64,000 bases of DNA from an uncultured Gammaproteobacteria bacterium (GCA_963773065.1 CAVYZN010000005.1:1-64000); one strand, 5' to 3'. Shown: positions 1 through 9,520, counted from the first letter of the stretch. The notes: generated by a model from the letters alone, not told the origin. Program-made: numbers and translations.

Positions 1-3000
1 CGACGCCTTCCCGATAGGTGATACCGCCCGTTGCGGTCATCAGGATATTGGGACTCTGGTCGGCGTATTCCTTGATCTGCACGTCGCGCGATTTATTCCG
101 GACCAGGTGGATATCGATCTTGTCGTACCGGATTTCCTTCATGTAGTTGACCAGCCGCGAGACGGCGCCCAGCCCGAACAGGCCGGTGGGAATATTCGAC
201 CCGCCCTCCCCCAATACCCCCGCGAAGCCGGAACTTGTATCAGGACCGCACTGTTCGGATTGAACGGGCGGAAGTCGCCATCGCGGCTTCGCAGGCGCAT
301 GTCGAAGTACAGGTTGTTGCGATACTGGGGCAGGTTGGGCGAGGCGCGAAGGCATCGAGACTAACATCGAAGAGCCCTTCCGCGCGCGGCGTGGAGCCGG
401 GGGATAAGTTCCCGGAAAAACTTGGCCAGGTCGAACCGCTCCACACCGGGCAAAAACTTCAGGCCGTAGGGTGTCTCGCCGGGGGTAAAGCTCATCGACC
501 CGTCGAGCGTCATCGGGCCCTCGTGGAAATGCGCCGCGAAACCGTCGAGTTCGAGTTTGTCGGGTAGCAGAGCGGCTTGGCCCTGGATGTCGCGGAACTC
601 GAGATAATCCGTGTAGAAGAGGCGATCGAGTTCAATTTCACCCGCGCGTCATAGTCGCTCGTGTCCCAGAAGGCGCGCGCATCCGGCTTGAGGTCGGGGC
701 CGGCTTCTCCTCTGCCTGCTCCGCCGGGTTCTCCGCGGCCGCCGGCTTTGTTTCCCCGGAGGGCGCGGCCAGCTGTTTTCCCCGCGATGGCGTTCAGCGT
801 GTTCAGGATGTCATTGAGATAGAACACCGTGCTGTCGATGGCGATATCCACGACCTTGTTGCTGCCGCCCTTGGGGCATACGCGGCCTTCACCTGGATAT
901 CACTGTCGCCGGACTTGCCCTGTTCCCTGAGGGGCGCCGGAGGGTGAACCCGCCATCGGGGGCAAGCCGCCCTCGACATCCAGTTCAAGCGTCCGCAGCG
1001 CCAGCTCTTTCTTGGCCTTTAAATCCTGGATCCGGGTGGTCGCGGTGAGCTTCCCGCTGGTATCCACCCACACGTTGCCATGAGCTTGCCGGCCGTCAGG
1101 GTGTGACCGGGCAGGATCGCGGCTGATCGAGGACTGCCGGCAATAATGCCAACAGATCGGCGTTCAGGGCGTCGCTACGACAACACCAGCGGCTTTCAGC
1201 GTCAGGTCGGCGCGCGCATCGAGGGCATGCGCTCCGCGGTCGCGATCGAAGGCGATGCTGAGCGCACTCAGATTTGCCTGCAAGGTATCGCCCTGCAGGG
1301 TCGTTTCCGAATCCACCGCCAGGGTGAACGGGTTCAGCATGGCTCCGGCCGTGTTGTTCACGGCGATTCCCGTTATCTTGAGGGGTTCGATGGTATCGAC
1401 AGTCAGGGACTTGCCATTCGAGACGAGCACGGCCTTGCCGGTTGCATCCGAGAAGGCAAGGCCCTTCGCCTTGAGTATTTTCGCAAACGGCTCCGGCGTC
1501 AGGTGCGCCAGCGTGAGCGTGACCTTGCCGGTGGTGCGGCCGAGTTCCGATTGCCTCCCGCCAAGCCGGGTGCGCACCCGCAGTTTCGAATCAGCCTGCA
1601 GCGACACACGCGGTTCCGGGCGGTATAGAAGAGACTGGCCGCAAGGCGATCGATATCAATCGCCGAATCGCCAAGCGCCAGGCTGTAATCCGCCTCCAGC
1701 CGCACCGGTGCATCGAACGCCGCCTGCAAAGCCGTGGCGATAAGCGGTTGCCGCGAAAGCGCCTGCACGTCGACGTTGAGGTGACCGTCGGTCACGAGGG
1801 GTTTATCCGCCGATGCCGGCAGCGTGATCTGGCCGCTGCCGGAAACCAGCCGCGCCCTGTGACTGGTAACGCCGAGATCCTGGTAGTCGATATGCGTGCC
1901 TTCCGGTGCGATGCGGACGGCGGGCCTTACGCTGATGCCGAGATCATCGAGCAGCGGGCCTTCAGGGCCGGTGACAGTGACATGACTGATTTCGACGGGC
2001 TTGCCCGAGGTAATGGTGGCCGCGCCCTTAGCGTCAGCGGCCAGAGTCAGATCCGCGCGGTAGAGCTTGCCTTTCAGCGTGGTCGCCGGCACGAAGGCGG
2101 AAAACCAGTCCAGTTGGATGTCGCTGATGGTGAGCGTGGCCAACTCGCCCGTGGTGTTCCCGAGTTTGCGGCCGGCCGGCGTGGTTTCCATGACGAGGGG
2201 TTGCAGCACTTGCAGCCGCAGCAACCGGGTCTTGTTCTCCAGAGACAGGCTGGCATCCAGTTTGTTCACGGTCACCAAGCCGGGTTGTTGCCGCAGGGAT
2301 GCCTGATAATCCAGGCTGAGATGCCGGGGCAGTGTTTCCCGGCCCGCCGGTTTGATGGCGAGAAAGTCCACCAGCCTGTGCAGATCCAGGTCGGCATTGG
2401 CTTGTGCGGTGATGTCACCGTGCGACTGCTTCGACAGCGGGATGGTGGAATCGAGGTCGGCGGTGGCCAGTGCGCCCTTGCCGGCATCGACCACCAGCTT
2501 TTTGAGTGAGACACTGAGCGCATCGCCGCGATAGGTCACGCTTGGCAGAACTGACAGATTGAGGCCCTCGATGAAGGCTGTATCCTGTTGCTTGACGGTG
2601 AGCCCCGTTACCTCCAGTGGTTTGACCGGTTTGATGTGGATCGCGGCGCTGGCATCGGTTGTCACCTCGAAGGCGGCTTTCAGGATTCCGTCCGTGATTT
2701 CGTAATCGGGCAGGAACACGCCAAACCAGGCCAGCGGCACCCCGGGCAGTTCAAATTCCAGCAGGGTGTTTTCCTGGTGGAGGAAAGCATCGATATCGTC
2801 CATGGGAACATGGAGTTCACCGGGAAGTCTCGATGCCAGGGGTTTATTGTTGGCGTCGTCGAACATGTCCGTATCCAGCGTCTCGACCCGCAACTGCTTG
2901 CCGGGCAGCAGCGACACACGGAAATTATTCCTAAGCCGCAACATTTCGGGGAGCCTCTTGTCGGCGTGGACCTCCCGGATATCCTTCATCTGCAGGTCGC

Positions 3001-4017
3001 TGGTGATTGTCATGTCGCCGGTCAGGCTTGCGCTATTGAACTTGAACTCCCCCGTCAGCACTTCTCCGGCTGGCGCTATGACGGTATCCCTGAGATAGGG
3101 CTGCACCAGCCGCTCATTCGCCGTGGCTCGGTAGCCGCCATCAAAACCACCGCTATTCCCGTCATAGGTGCCGTCGAGTTCCACGGCCGAGCGGTTCTCC
3201 CCTTTGCTGTCATCAAGCCGCAGTGCAAGGCGCAGCGCCTCGGGTGTGTAGTGCGGCCCCTCGCCGTCCTCCGGAGGCGGGGGCGCCTCCTGCTGAACGG
3301 CAGCCGCGTGTGCCGGTGTGACGGCCAGGTTCAGATTGACGCGCTCCGTCTCCGGCAGCGTCGCCAGCGTGGTCTGAATGGCGAGCGCGGTTTCCATTCT
3401 CGCGAAGCGCCCCCGCGTGAGCTGATCCAGAACTAGCCGGCCATCGACATCGATATGATCATCCTTGTTACCCGTGTCGAAGTGTAACGCGACAGTGATG
3501 GCGCCGTTTGTCTTAGGTTTGATTCCGCCGCCTGAGATACTTGCGGTCAGTGACCGTTTCCCGGGGAGGCGGACCGTGATATTGATCATCACGTCCCGCA
3601 GGGTGTAACCGAGTCCGTGTTGCAGTGAGGCCAGCACACCGGGAAAGGGACCACCGCTTTTAGACTCCGCGGATTCGGGCGGGTTGAACTTCTCCAGGTC
3701 GATGCTGACATCCTTGAGTGCGAGGGTCTTGATGTTGAGATTCAACAGGAGGAGTGACGACAGGCAGTACTTGAACGACCCTTCCTCGATCGAGAAATGA
3801 CCGCCCCGATACCCCACGGAAAGATGCTTCAGGTCCAGTGACCATGGCGTGAGATGGATGTAACCGATTTCCAGCGAATCGACCAGGGGACCGACGTGGT
3901 CGAGCAGCATTTTTTTCTGGAAGGCGGGGTGAAATACGACGGCAGACACAACACCCAGGATGAGTGCAAGGCCCGCGGCAGATAAAACCTGGGACGCTTC
4001 AGATCAGCAAGGCGCAT
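1..4017 (-). CDS. Large AsmA-like/beta-rich envelope protein (>1300 aa), split by several frameshifts; 3' end lies outside the window
   Basis: Consecutive minus-strand ORF pieces (3829-4017, 1499-3949, 1164-1607, 510-851 and an open frame to position 1) read as one protein. It has an N-terminal hydrophobic anchor followed by beta-strand-like sequence. The family call is an inference. Confidence 0.55.
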
Positions 4018-4193
4018 GCGGATTGCTATGCTTTTATCTTTCCTCTACCGATCGCGTAACTCACCCGCAAACCCGATAGCCGGGGAACCTTCTCCTCCCG
4101 ATGAGGAGTAGGGTTCCCGTGACACAGACTGCCTGCGCTCTCCGAATGACATCCAGTCCGAAACCGTGCATGGTCGTACCCGGTGCAAACCCG

Positions 4194-4761
4194 TCATTTC
4201 GGAGTATAGCTGAACTTCTGTCCGCCAATGCTGGCTTCATACATCAACCCGCCCTTGGCCACGGTAAAGACCGCCATGCCCTTGTGGTATTCTGCCCACC
4301 GTGGTCGCATCATGTTTACCGCCGCTGGCGCCGGCGGAACTCCCGGCGGTCGTGGCTCCGGCCGAAGCGCCCGCGGTGATCGCCACCGCCGATGCCTGGG
4401 CACCGAATTCGAAGTTGCCGCTGGTGAACTCATCGAAGGCGCGCTTATCCTCGAAGAAGACAATCTGGCTGTAGGCCTGTCCCCCCAATTGGAAACCCAC
4501 GCTCAACTGGGTCACCGAGGTGTCGCCGACGTAATTGCCCTTGGCGTAGACCCTGCCCTTGCCATAGGCCCCGCCAACGACCATGCCGCCCTTGCCGATG
4601 GTGGGAAACACGGCGTAGCCGTAACTCTTGGCGAAGAAAGTACCGCTCTCGCCGGCGTCCTTGAAGACCTTGATGGTGTCATCGTATTCGTCCGCCCAGG
4701 CCGGGGCGAAGGGTACGGCCAGCAGCAAGAAAACAAGAAAGGTATGTAATTGCAGTTTCAT
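4194..4761 (-). CDS. Secreted lipid-binding SYLF/YSC84-domain protein (frameshift near 4291)
   Basis: Signal peptide MKLQLHTFLVFLLLAVPFAPAWA and motifs YGYAVFPTIGKGG, SVGFQLGGQ. The C-terminus GLMYEASIGGQKFSY is in another frame. Confidence 0.85.
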
Positions 4762-4900
4762 GGGTATTTCTCCTTTGCCATTACACTCCCAGACATGGCA
4801 GGGAGGATTGTGAAGTCCTTCATGGTAGCTCTGATTAAGCCTGATAGGGGTCGAGAAGGGCTCGCGCCCTCCCCTCCCTCCGAACCGTGCGTGCGGTTCT

Positions 4901-6895
4901 GGTGAGTAGGTCGGTTCCTCCCGCCATGCCCGGACACTGTTTGTTTTCTCTGTTCCGCCTGGTTTCCCGGCGGTGCCACAATAGCGTGTCCACACAGCAG
5001 TACGTCCCCGACCCCTCGTAGAACCGGACAAGGTGCGTTACACCATCCGGCTCCCAGATTGAGTCATTCCGATCGGCTTAGGATAGAGGTTGTGAACAAT
5101 GCGTATACGCGGCAACACGCGTTCCAGCAATATCGGACGGAACCGCTTCCAAGGGATAGAACGGCGTTGACTACGCCGGTTGAGCCACTTGTACAGTAGG
5201 CGGCTCGCCGCCATGACGTAGCGACTCAACGCCCGGTAGTTGCCACTCACCCCATAGTAACGGATGTGCCCTTCAAGATGCCGCCGCACATAGTCCATCA
5301 TGGCCTTGCCACCGGCCATCCGTAGCCGGCACAGACGCTCGTTCAACTGCTTGAGTTTGCCATTGAACCGCTTCCGCTCAGTCTTGCGACCCACCACAAA
5401 GCGGCCGCGACGACTGCGACCGACGTAGTGGGTCAACCCCAGGAAGCTGAACGTCTGGGGACGACCTAGCCCATCCCGATGGCAATCCCTTTTCGCTTGC
5501 GTACCGAAACGCAGCACAGCCGTCTTGCTGGGCTCGACTTCCAGGTCAAAGGCAGCCACTCGCTCCCCCAATTCCCGGTGAAAGCGATGCGCCTCATCCT
5601 CGTGCTGAAAGCAGGCGATGAAGTCGTCGCAGTAGCGCACCAAAAAGGCTTTACCACGACAGGACTTCTTGTAACGCCGCTCGAACCACAGGTCCAGCAC
5701 GTAATGGAGGTAAATATTAGCCAATGCCGGTGATACCAACCCACCTTGTGGGGTCCCTTCATTCACCTCGTTGACCACCCCATCTTCCATTACCCCTGCC
5801 TTGAGAAACCGCTTCAGGATTCGCAGAACGTTCGGGTCTGCGATGCGGTGTTCCAGAAACCGTAGCAGGTGGGAATGCGAAACATGATCGAAGAAGCCTT
5901 TAATGTCGGCCTCTACCACCCACTGCGTGCGCTCGTTGGTAATGACCTCCGCCACTCGACGCAGCGCATCGTGCGCGCTGCGCCCGGGACGAAAACCAAA
6001 AGAGCAGTCCTGAAACTCCGGCTCCCATATCGCCTGCAGAATCAGACTCAGTCGATCCTGCACAATGCGATCCTCAAAACAAGGAATGCCCAGCGGACGA
6101 CGACGGCCATTCCCTTTCGGGATGTATACTCGCCGCACCGGCTGCGGCCGATAGCCCATTTGCCTCAGGCTACACGACAGCTCCGTTAGCCGGCTTTCCA
6201 GCCCTTCCGCATAGTCCACTTTCCTGATTCCATCCACTCCGGGCGCCTTCTTTCCATCTTGACGCCCGAAGCTGGCGTGCAACCCCTCCGGGTCGAACAG
6301 CAGCCCCATCAGGGCATTGAACCGCAACTGCGGTTCCGCACGCGCCTTCTCGGTGAAACGGATAAACTTCGTTGTCATGGTCACAGTCCGCTCAGTGTCG
6401 GGCCATGTTGCCCTTACCCGTTGTCTCAAACCGGTGCCCCTTTGCTCCACCCGCATTACCGGGCTTCATCGCTCGTATGGGCACCCCCGACTTCCGACCG
6501 CCACCGCCCTCTTCCTCGCTTGCTAGGCTTGTCCGAGGGTACGCAGATCCCTCTGCGCCGACTGTCGGATCTCCCTGGTTACCGCGCAATCGCCTTGTGA
6601 GGCTCGAAGCGACCTTAGATCCCGGGGCGTTCCCTGACACTTGCCTCTCACGCGTCAGGAACTGTTGCCTGCTGGGTGCAAGAACCCATCGGCCGATTCC
6701 AACGATGCCGTTTTCGGGACTCAACGTCTTCAGGGTCAGCATCACCTGTTACCTTTGCACCTCGCCTCCTTTCGTACCTACGCATCAATCAGCAAGTTAC
6801 CCCGCTGACTGCAAGGCTCAATACCGGGCCCGTGGCTAGCGGCTACCCGGGTGGGATTCGCACCCACTCGATTACGCGACCTTGCCAGGTCGCAT
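4901..6895 (-). mobile_element. Inner group II intron with intact RT (boundaries +/-1 nt)
   Basis: Starts ATGCGACC at about 6895. Has its own domain V (GAGCCGGATGGTG-TAACG-CACCTTGTCCGGTTC) near 5053-5021 and a long domain VI ending CCTACTCACC at about 4901. Confidence 0.85.
5038..6378 (-). CDS. ltrA: Group II intron reverse transcriptase/maturase, no endonuclease domain
   Basis: Motifs KAPGVDG, RRVYIPK, RPLGIP, SFGFRPGRS, DIKGFFD, GTPQGG, RYCDDF, FSFLG and an X domain. Start placed at MTTKF. Confidence 0.95.
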   Translation of the reverse strand: MTTKFIRFTEKARAEPQLRFNALMGLLFDPEGLHASFGRQDGKKAPGVDGIRKVDYAEGLESRLTELSCSLRQMGYRPQPVRRVYIPKGNGRRRPLGIPCFEDRIVQDRLSLILQAIWEPEFQDCSFGFRPGRSAHDALRRVAEVITNERTQWVVEADIKGFFDHVSHSHLLRFLEHRIADPNVLRILKRFLKAGVMEDGVVNEVNEGTPQGGLVSPALANIYLHYVLDLWFERRYKKSCRGKAFLVRYCDDFIACFQHEDEAHRFHRELGERVAAFDLEVEPSKTAVLRFGTQAKRDCHRDGLGRPQTFSFLGLTHYVGRSRRGRFVVGRKTERKRFNGKLKQLNERLCRLRMAGGKAMMDYVRRHLEGHIRYYGVSGNYRALSRYVMAASRLLYKWLNRRSQRRSIPWKRFRPILLERVLPRIRIVHNLYPKPIGMTQSGSRMV

Positions 6896-6927
6896 CCCCG
6901 CACCCGGCTCTCCAGTGGGTGGTTTCC

Positions 6928-7141
6928 TCATCGGGAGTGTCTCGCAGCCAGCCAGGCCGTATGTAGGGAGAACAGCCCGGCGTCCGCGAAGAAGGCATTG
7001 GGCCACTTTGTACCACTTGCCTCCTTCGACGCCGTTTACCAGCGCCGACACCATGCGCTCCGTCCAGAGAGAAGCTTCCACCCACGACCAGTCGCGGGGC
7101 TCTGCACCTTGTTTAGCCCTCGCGGGCACTGTCGATGCTAT
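6928..7141 (-). pseudogene. Remnant of the outer intron RT: N- and C-terminal stubs joined by a large internal deletion
   Basis: N-terminal WVEASLWTERMVSALVNGVEGGKWY is joined out of frame to C-terminal WPNAFFADAGLFSLHTAWLAARHSR*. All RT core motifs are missing. Confidence 0.8.
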
Positions 7142-7582
7142 CATTTGCTCCTCTCTGTCTTTCACGCTTCCACCTTCCTGCCCACCTTCCCTCGGCCTGG
7201 CTTTGCTAACCCGGCCTCTCGCGGCTTGCACCGCCTCGGTACTATGCGGGCTCTGACTCCTAACCCTCATCGCCCTGAGAATCAGGTCTCTCCGCTTAAG
7301 ACGCTTTGCCTTCCGAACATCCCGCCCCCAACCACGTCATGCGCCCGGACGTCGTTTTCACAGTCATCTCAACGCGTCCGGCGGGTTCCAGGCTTCGCCA
7401 TGAATGAGCAGGCTCGCCGCTACATGCCGCCGAATCGGGTTCGTCTGCCTGCGGGCTATTCTTTCGCCTTCGGTTGCTCACCACCCCGCCTCGCGGCGAC
7501 GCAGTTACCTTCGGCTACACAGGTTGTGACTTCCTATGACATGGACTTTCACCTTGTTAACAAAACGTCCTCACGGACGCAC

Positions 7583-7607
7583 TCATTCCCGCGAAAGCGG
7601 GAATGAC
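7583..7607. repeat. REP-like hairpin, target site of the outer intron
   Basis: TCATTCCCGC-GAAA-GCGGGAATGAC. A related copy GGATCCCCGCCTTCGCGGGATGAC lies at 9477-9500. Confidence 0.8.
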
Positions 7608-7831
7608 ATGTTCAGAGATCCCCGAAGTATTGAATTTGCATTTCATCCGGATGTAGTCTCTGAGTTGAGCGACAGTGAAACCCCTATCCCACCGGGAGAG
7701 GACCCGTGTGAGGGGGTCAATCATCAGCGCATTTTTTAGTCCCCCTCACTGCGGACCCTTCATGCCCCTAGCCCGGGTACTTCCGAAGGAAGTACCCGTG
7801 TTCAAGGACTCTGAACCCTTGATCCTGGATT

Positions 7832-8011
7832 TCATTTGCTGGTCTCTTCGCGGATCTTGTCACCCGTCTCCTCGATCTTATCGCCTGCTTTCTCAACCGA
7901 CTGGTCGACCTGTTTACCGGCGCGCTCTGCCGGTCCTTCCTTGGACTCGCAGCCGATAATGGCCGCACCCAGTAGCGTCACAAGTATGATCAATGCTGGC
8001 TTTACTTTCAT
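7832..8011 (-). CDS. Small lipoprotein, 59 aa (below the ORF-track cutoff)
   Basis: MKVKPALIILVTLLGAAIIG-CESKEGPAERAGKQVDQSVEKAGDKIEETGDKIREETSK*. Lipobox-like IIGC and an upstream GGAGG RBS. Confidence 0.8.
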   Translation of the reverse strand: MKVKPALIILVTLLGAAIIGCESKEGPAERAGKQVDQSVEKAGDKIEETGDKIREETSK

Positions 8012-8148
8012 GTCGGATCCTCCGTAGTGTCTGAGTGAAATGTTTCAACGGCGCCGCGGTCTGAATAGTTCGCTGACTCATCGGCGTCCGCTGACCCGCC
8101 AACGATGGTCTCCCTTCGTTGCTATAAATGCTAGTAGAAAAGGTAGAG

Positions 8149-8197
8149 AAAGTGACGGATTTATTTGCCGTGCGATAAATTATAAATCTGTCACCTT
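8149..8197. repeat. Short inverted repeat GTGAC(A/G)GATTTAT...ATAAATCTGTCAC
   Basis: 16-bp imperfect arms at 8149-8164 and 8182-8197. Confidence 0.6.
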
Positions 8198-8273
8198 TTT
8201 AATGTTGACCCTGCTGTGGTAAGTCATTCCTTCAAGATAGCTTCGTTGATGCGCCATAGTGTTGGTTGTTGAG

Positions 8274-8345
8274 CCGCAACGCCTAAGCTCACCGGACGTT
8301 GCGAGCGCTAGCGAGTCAACGTTCCGGTGGAGCGCGTGGTTGGAC
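8274..8345 (-). mobile_element. Integron attC site (72 bp)
   Basis: Layout R'' GTCCAAC, 5-nt spacer, L'' GCTCCAC, palindromic core, L' GTGAGC, 6-nt spacer, R' GTTGCGG. Extra base in L''. Starts immediately after the mrr stop codon. Confidence 0.85.
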
Positions 8346-9272
8346 CTAGGTTTCACCGAAGTAATCTGAATCTATCTTTTTGACCTCATAGGTTGCTACA
8401 GAAGTAACCCCTACACCGAAGTCAATCATCAGTCGGGCCAGCGCTTTTCCGTCAATAAGCACGATCTTCGAATCAATGCGGGAGACGTAATCTTGTGCTT
8501 CCTTCGAGAATTCCGACGTTGTAATGAAGATGCCCTTTCGTGCGCGTTGACCTTGAAGCGCGCCAGCGAACTTTTGTATCTCTGGTCGTCCGACTGTGGC
8601 ATCCCATCGCTTGGCTTGGATGTAGATGCTGTCCAGGCCCAGATGATCTTCCTTGATTACTCCGTCGATGCCTTCGTCACCGCTGCGACCGATCGCCTTA
8701 CCAGCATCCTTTCTGCTGCCGCCGTAGCCCATTTTCACGAGGAGTTCGACGACGATGTTTTCAAACAACGACGGATCAGAACCCTTGAGCGTCTGCAAAA
8801 GCTCGGCTGCGATCTCCGAGCGAAGACGCTCGTATGCGCTTTCAAGCGCTTCGTGAGGTGTTTGTCCTGGTGCTGCCTCCACCTCTATCAGACTTTGTGA
8901 CTCCTCATTCGCGTCTTTCTTTGTCCTGTACTTGCTCCAGAACTCCTGAAATTCGGGAAAGCGCTCCAAGTATTTGATGTTGATTTGGGGTGGCGCTTCT
9001 TTCAGCACAGCCTGTCCTCGCGCTGTGATTTGAAAAAAACCGCGCCGGGGATTTACGAGCAGCCCAGCCTGCTTCATGTACGAGCGCGCCCACCCGATGC
9101 GGTTGATTAGGACGGGCTGCTGTCCACTCGGTAAGAATTCATTTAACTCTTCATCTGTGAGCTTGAATTCCTGCGCCAAGTGCTGTGTGGCGTCCTTGAG
9201 CTGATGCTCCTTACCGTCGGCGGCGAACCGAAGTAGCGGCAGCATGCATGTCTGGAAATCAGGAATCGCCAT
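8346..9272 (-). CDS. mrr: Mrr type IV restriction endonuclease (gene cassette)
   Basis: Mrr_N region MAIPDFQTCMLPLL...NRIGWARSYMKQAGL. Catalytic GDEGIDG...YIQAKRW and GIFITTS. Lower GC than the flanks. Confidence 0.93.
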   Translation of the reverse strand: MAIPDFQTCMLPLLRFAADGKEHQLKDATQHLAQEFKLTDEELNEFLPSGQQPVLINRIGWARSYMKQAGLLVNPRRGFFQITARGQAVLKEAPPQINIKYLERFPEFQEFWSKYRTKKDANEESQSLIEVEAAPGQTPHEALESAYERLRSEIAAELLQTLKGSDPSLFENIVVELLVKMGYGGSRKDAGKAIGRSGDEGIDGVIKEDHLGLDSIYIQAKRWDATVGRPEIQKFAGALQGQRARKGIFITTSEFSKEAQDYVSRIDSKIVLIDGKALARLMIDFGVGVTSVATYEVKKIDSDYFGET

Positions 9273-9288
9273 GAATCCCCTCTCCTAG

Positions 9289-9325
9289 GTCCAACTATAA
9301 TTGGTGGACATAATTGTCCAGTTTA
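9289..9325 (-). other. Cassette 5' core site GTTGGAC; possible attI-like site
   Basis: GTTGGAC at 9295-9289 is the exact complement of attC R''. Upstream is AT-rich with no attC arms and a TGGACA-N4-TGTCCA palindrome. Confidence 0.5.
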
Positions 9326-9520
9326 AATCGGTCATTTGAGGTGCCTGAAAAATTCAGCTTACCTATTTTCAATGGCATAGTAGTTAATTGGGGAGCACAT
9401 TACATAATCCGCTGGAATAAGGGAATTCCTGCGTCGAAGCCCTCGCCTGCTCGACCGTGGGCATGACGATCAGACTGGATCCCCGCCTTCGCGGGATGAC
9501 GTGTCCTGAAATTTCATACA

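Larger units (their letters stand above)
4844..7582 (-). mobile_element. Outer group II intron (class C-like), RT ORF internally deleted, domain V interrupted by a second intron
   Basis: 5' end GTGCG at 7582, directly after a hairpin. 3' end ...CTCGACCCCTAT at 4844. Domain V halves GAGCCGGGTGCGGGG (6910-6896) and AGAACCGCACGCACGGTTC (from 4900). Confidence 0.85.

Noticed and set aside
5038-6456. RT as a retron, DGR or defence-associated RT partnered with mrr
   Set aside because: It has group II intron RT motifs and an X domain and is embedded in intron RNA domains. No template/variable repeat pair or msr-msd was seen, and mrr has its own cassette boundaries.
6392-7606. Short ORFs in both directions upstream of the RT (e.g. 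6851-7606, 6392-6745)
   Set aside because: They overlap structured intron RNA domains. Only the RT stubs at 6928-7141 look protein-derived.
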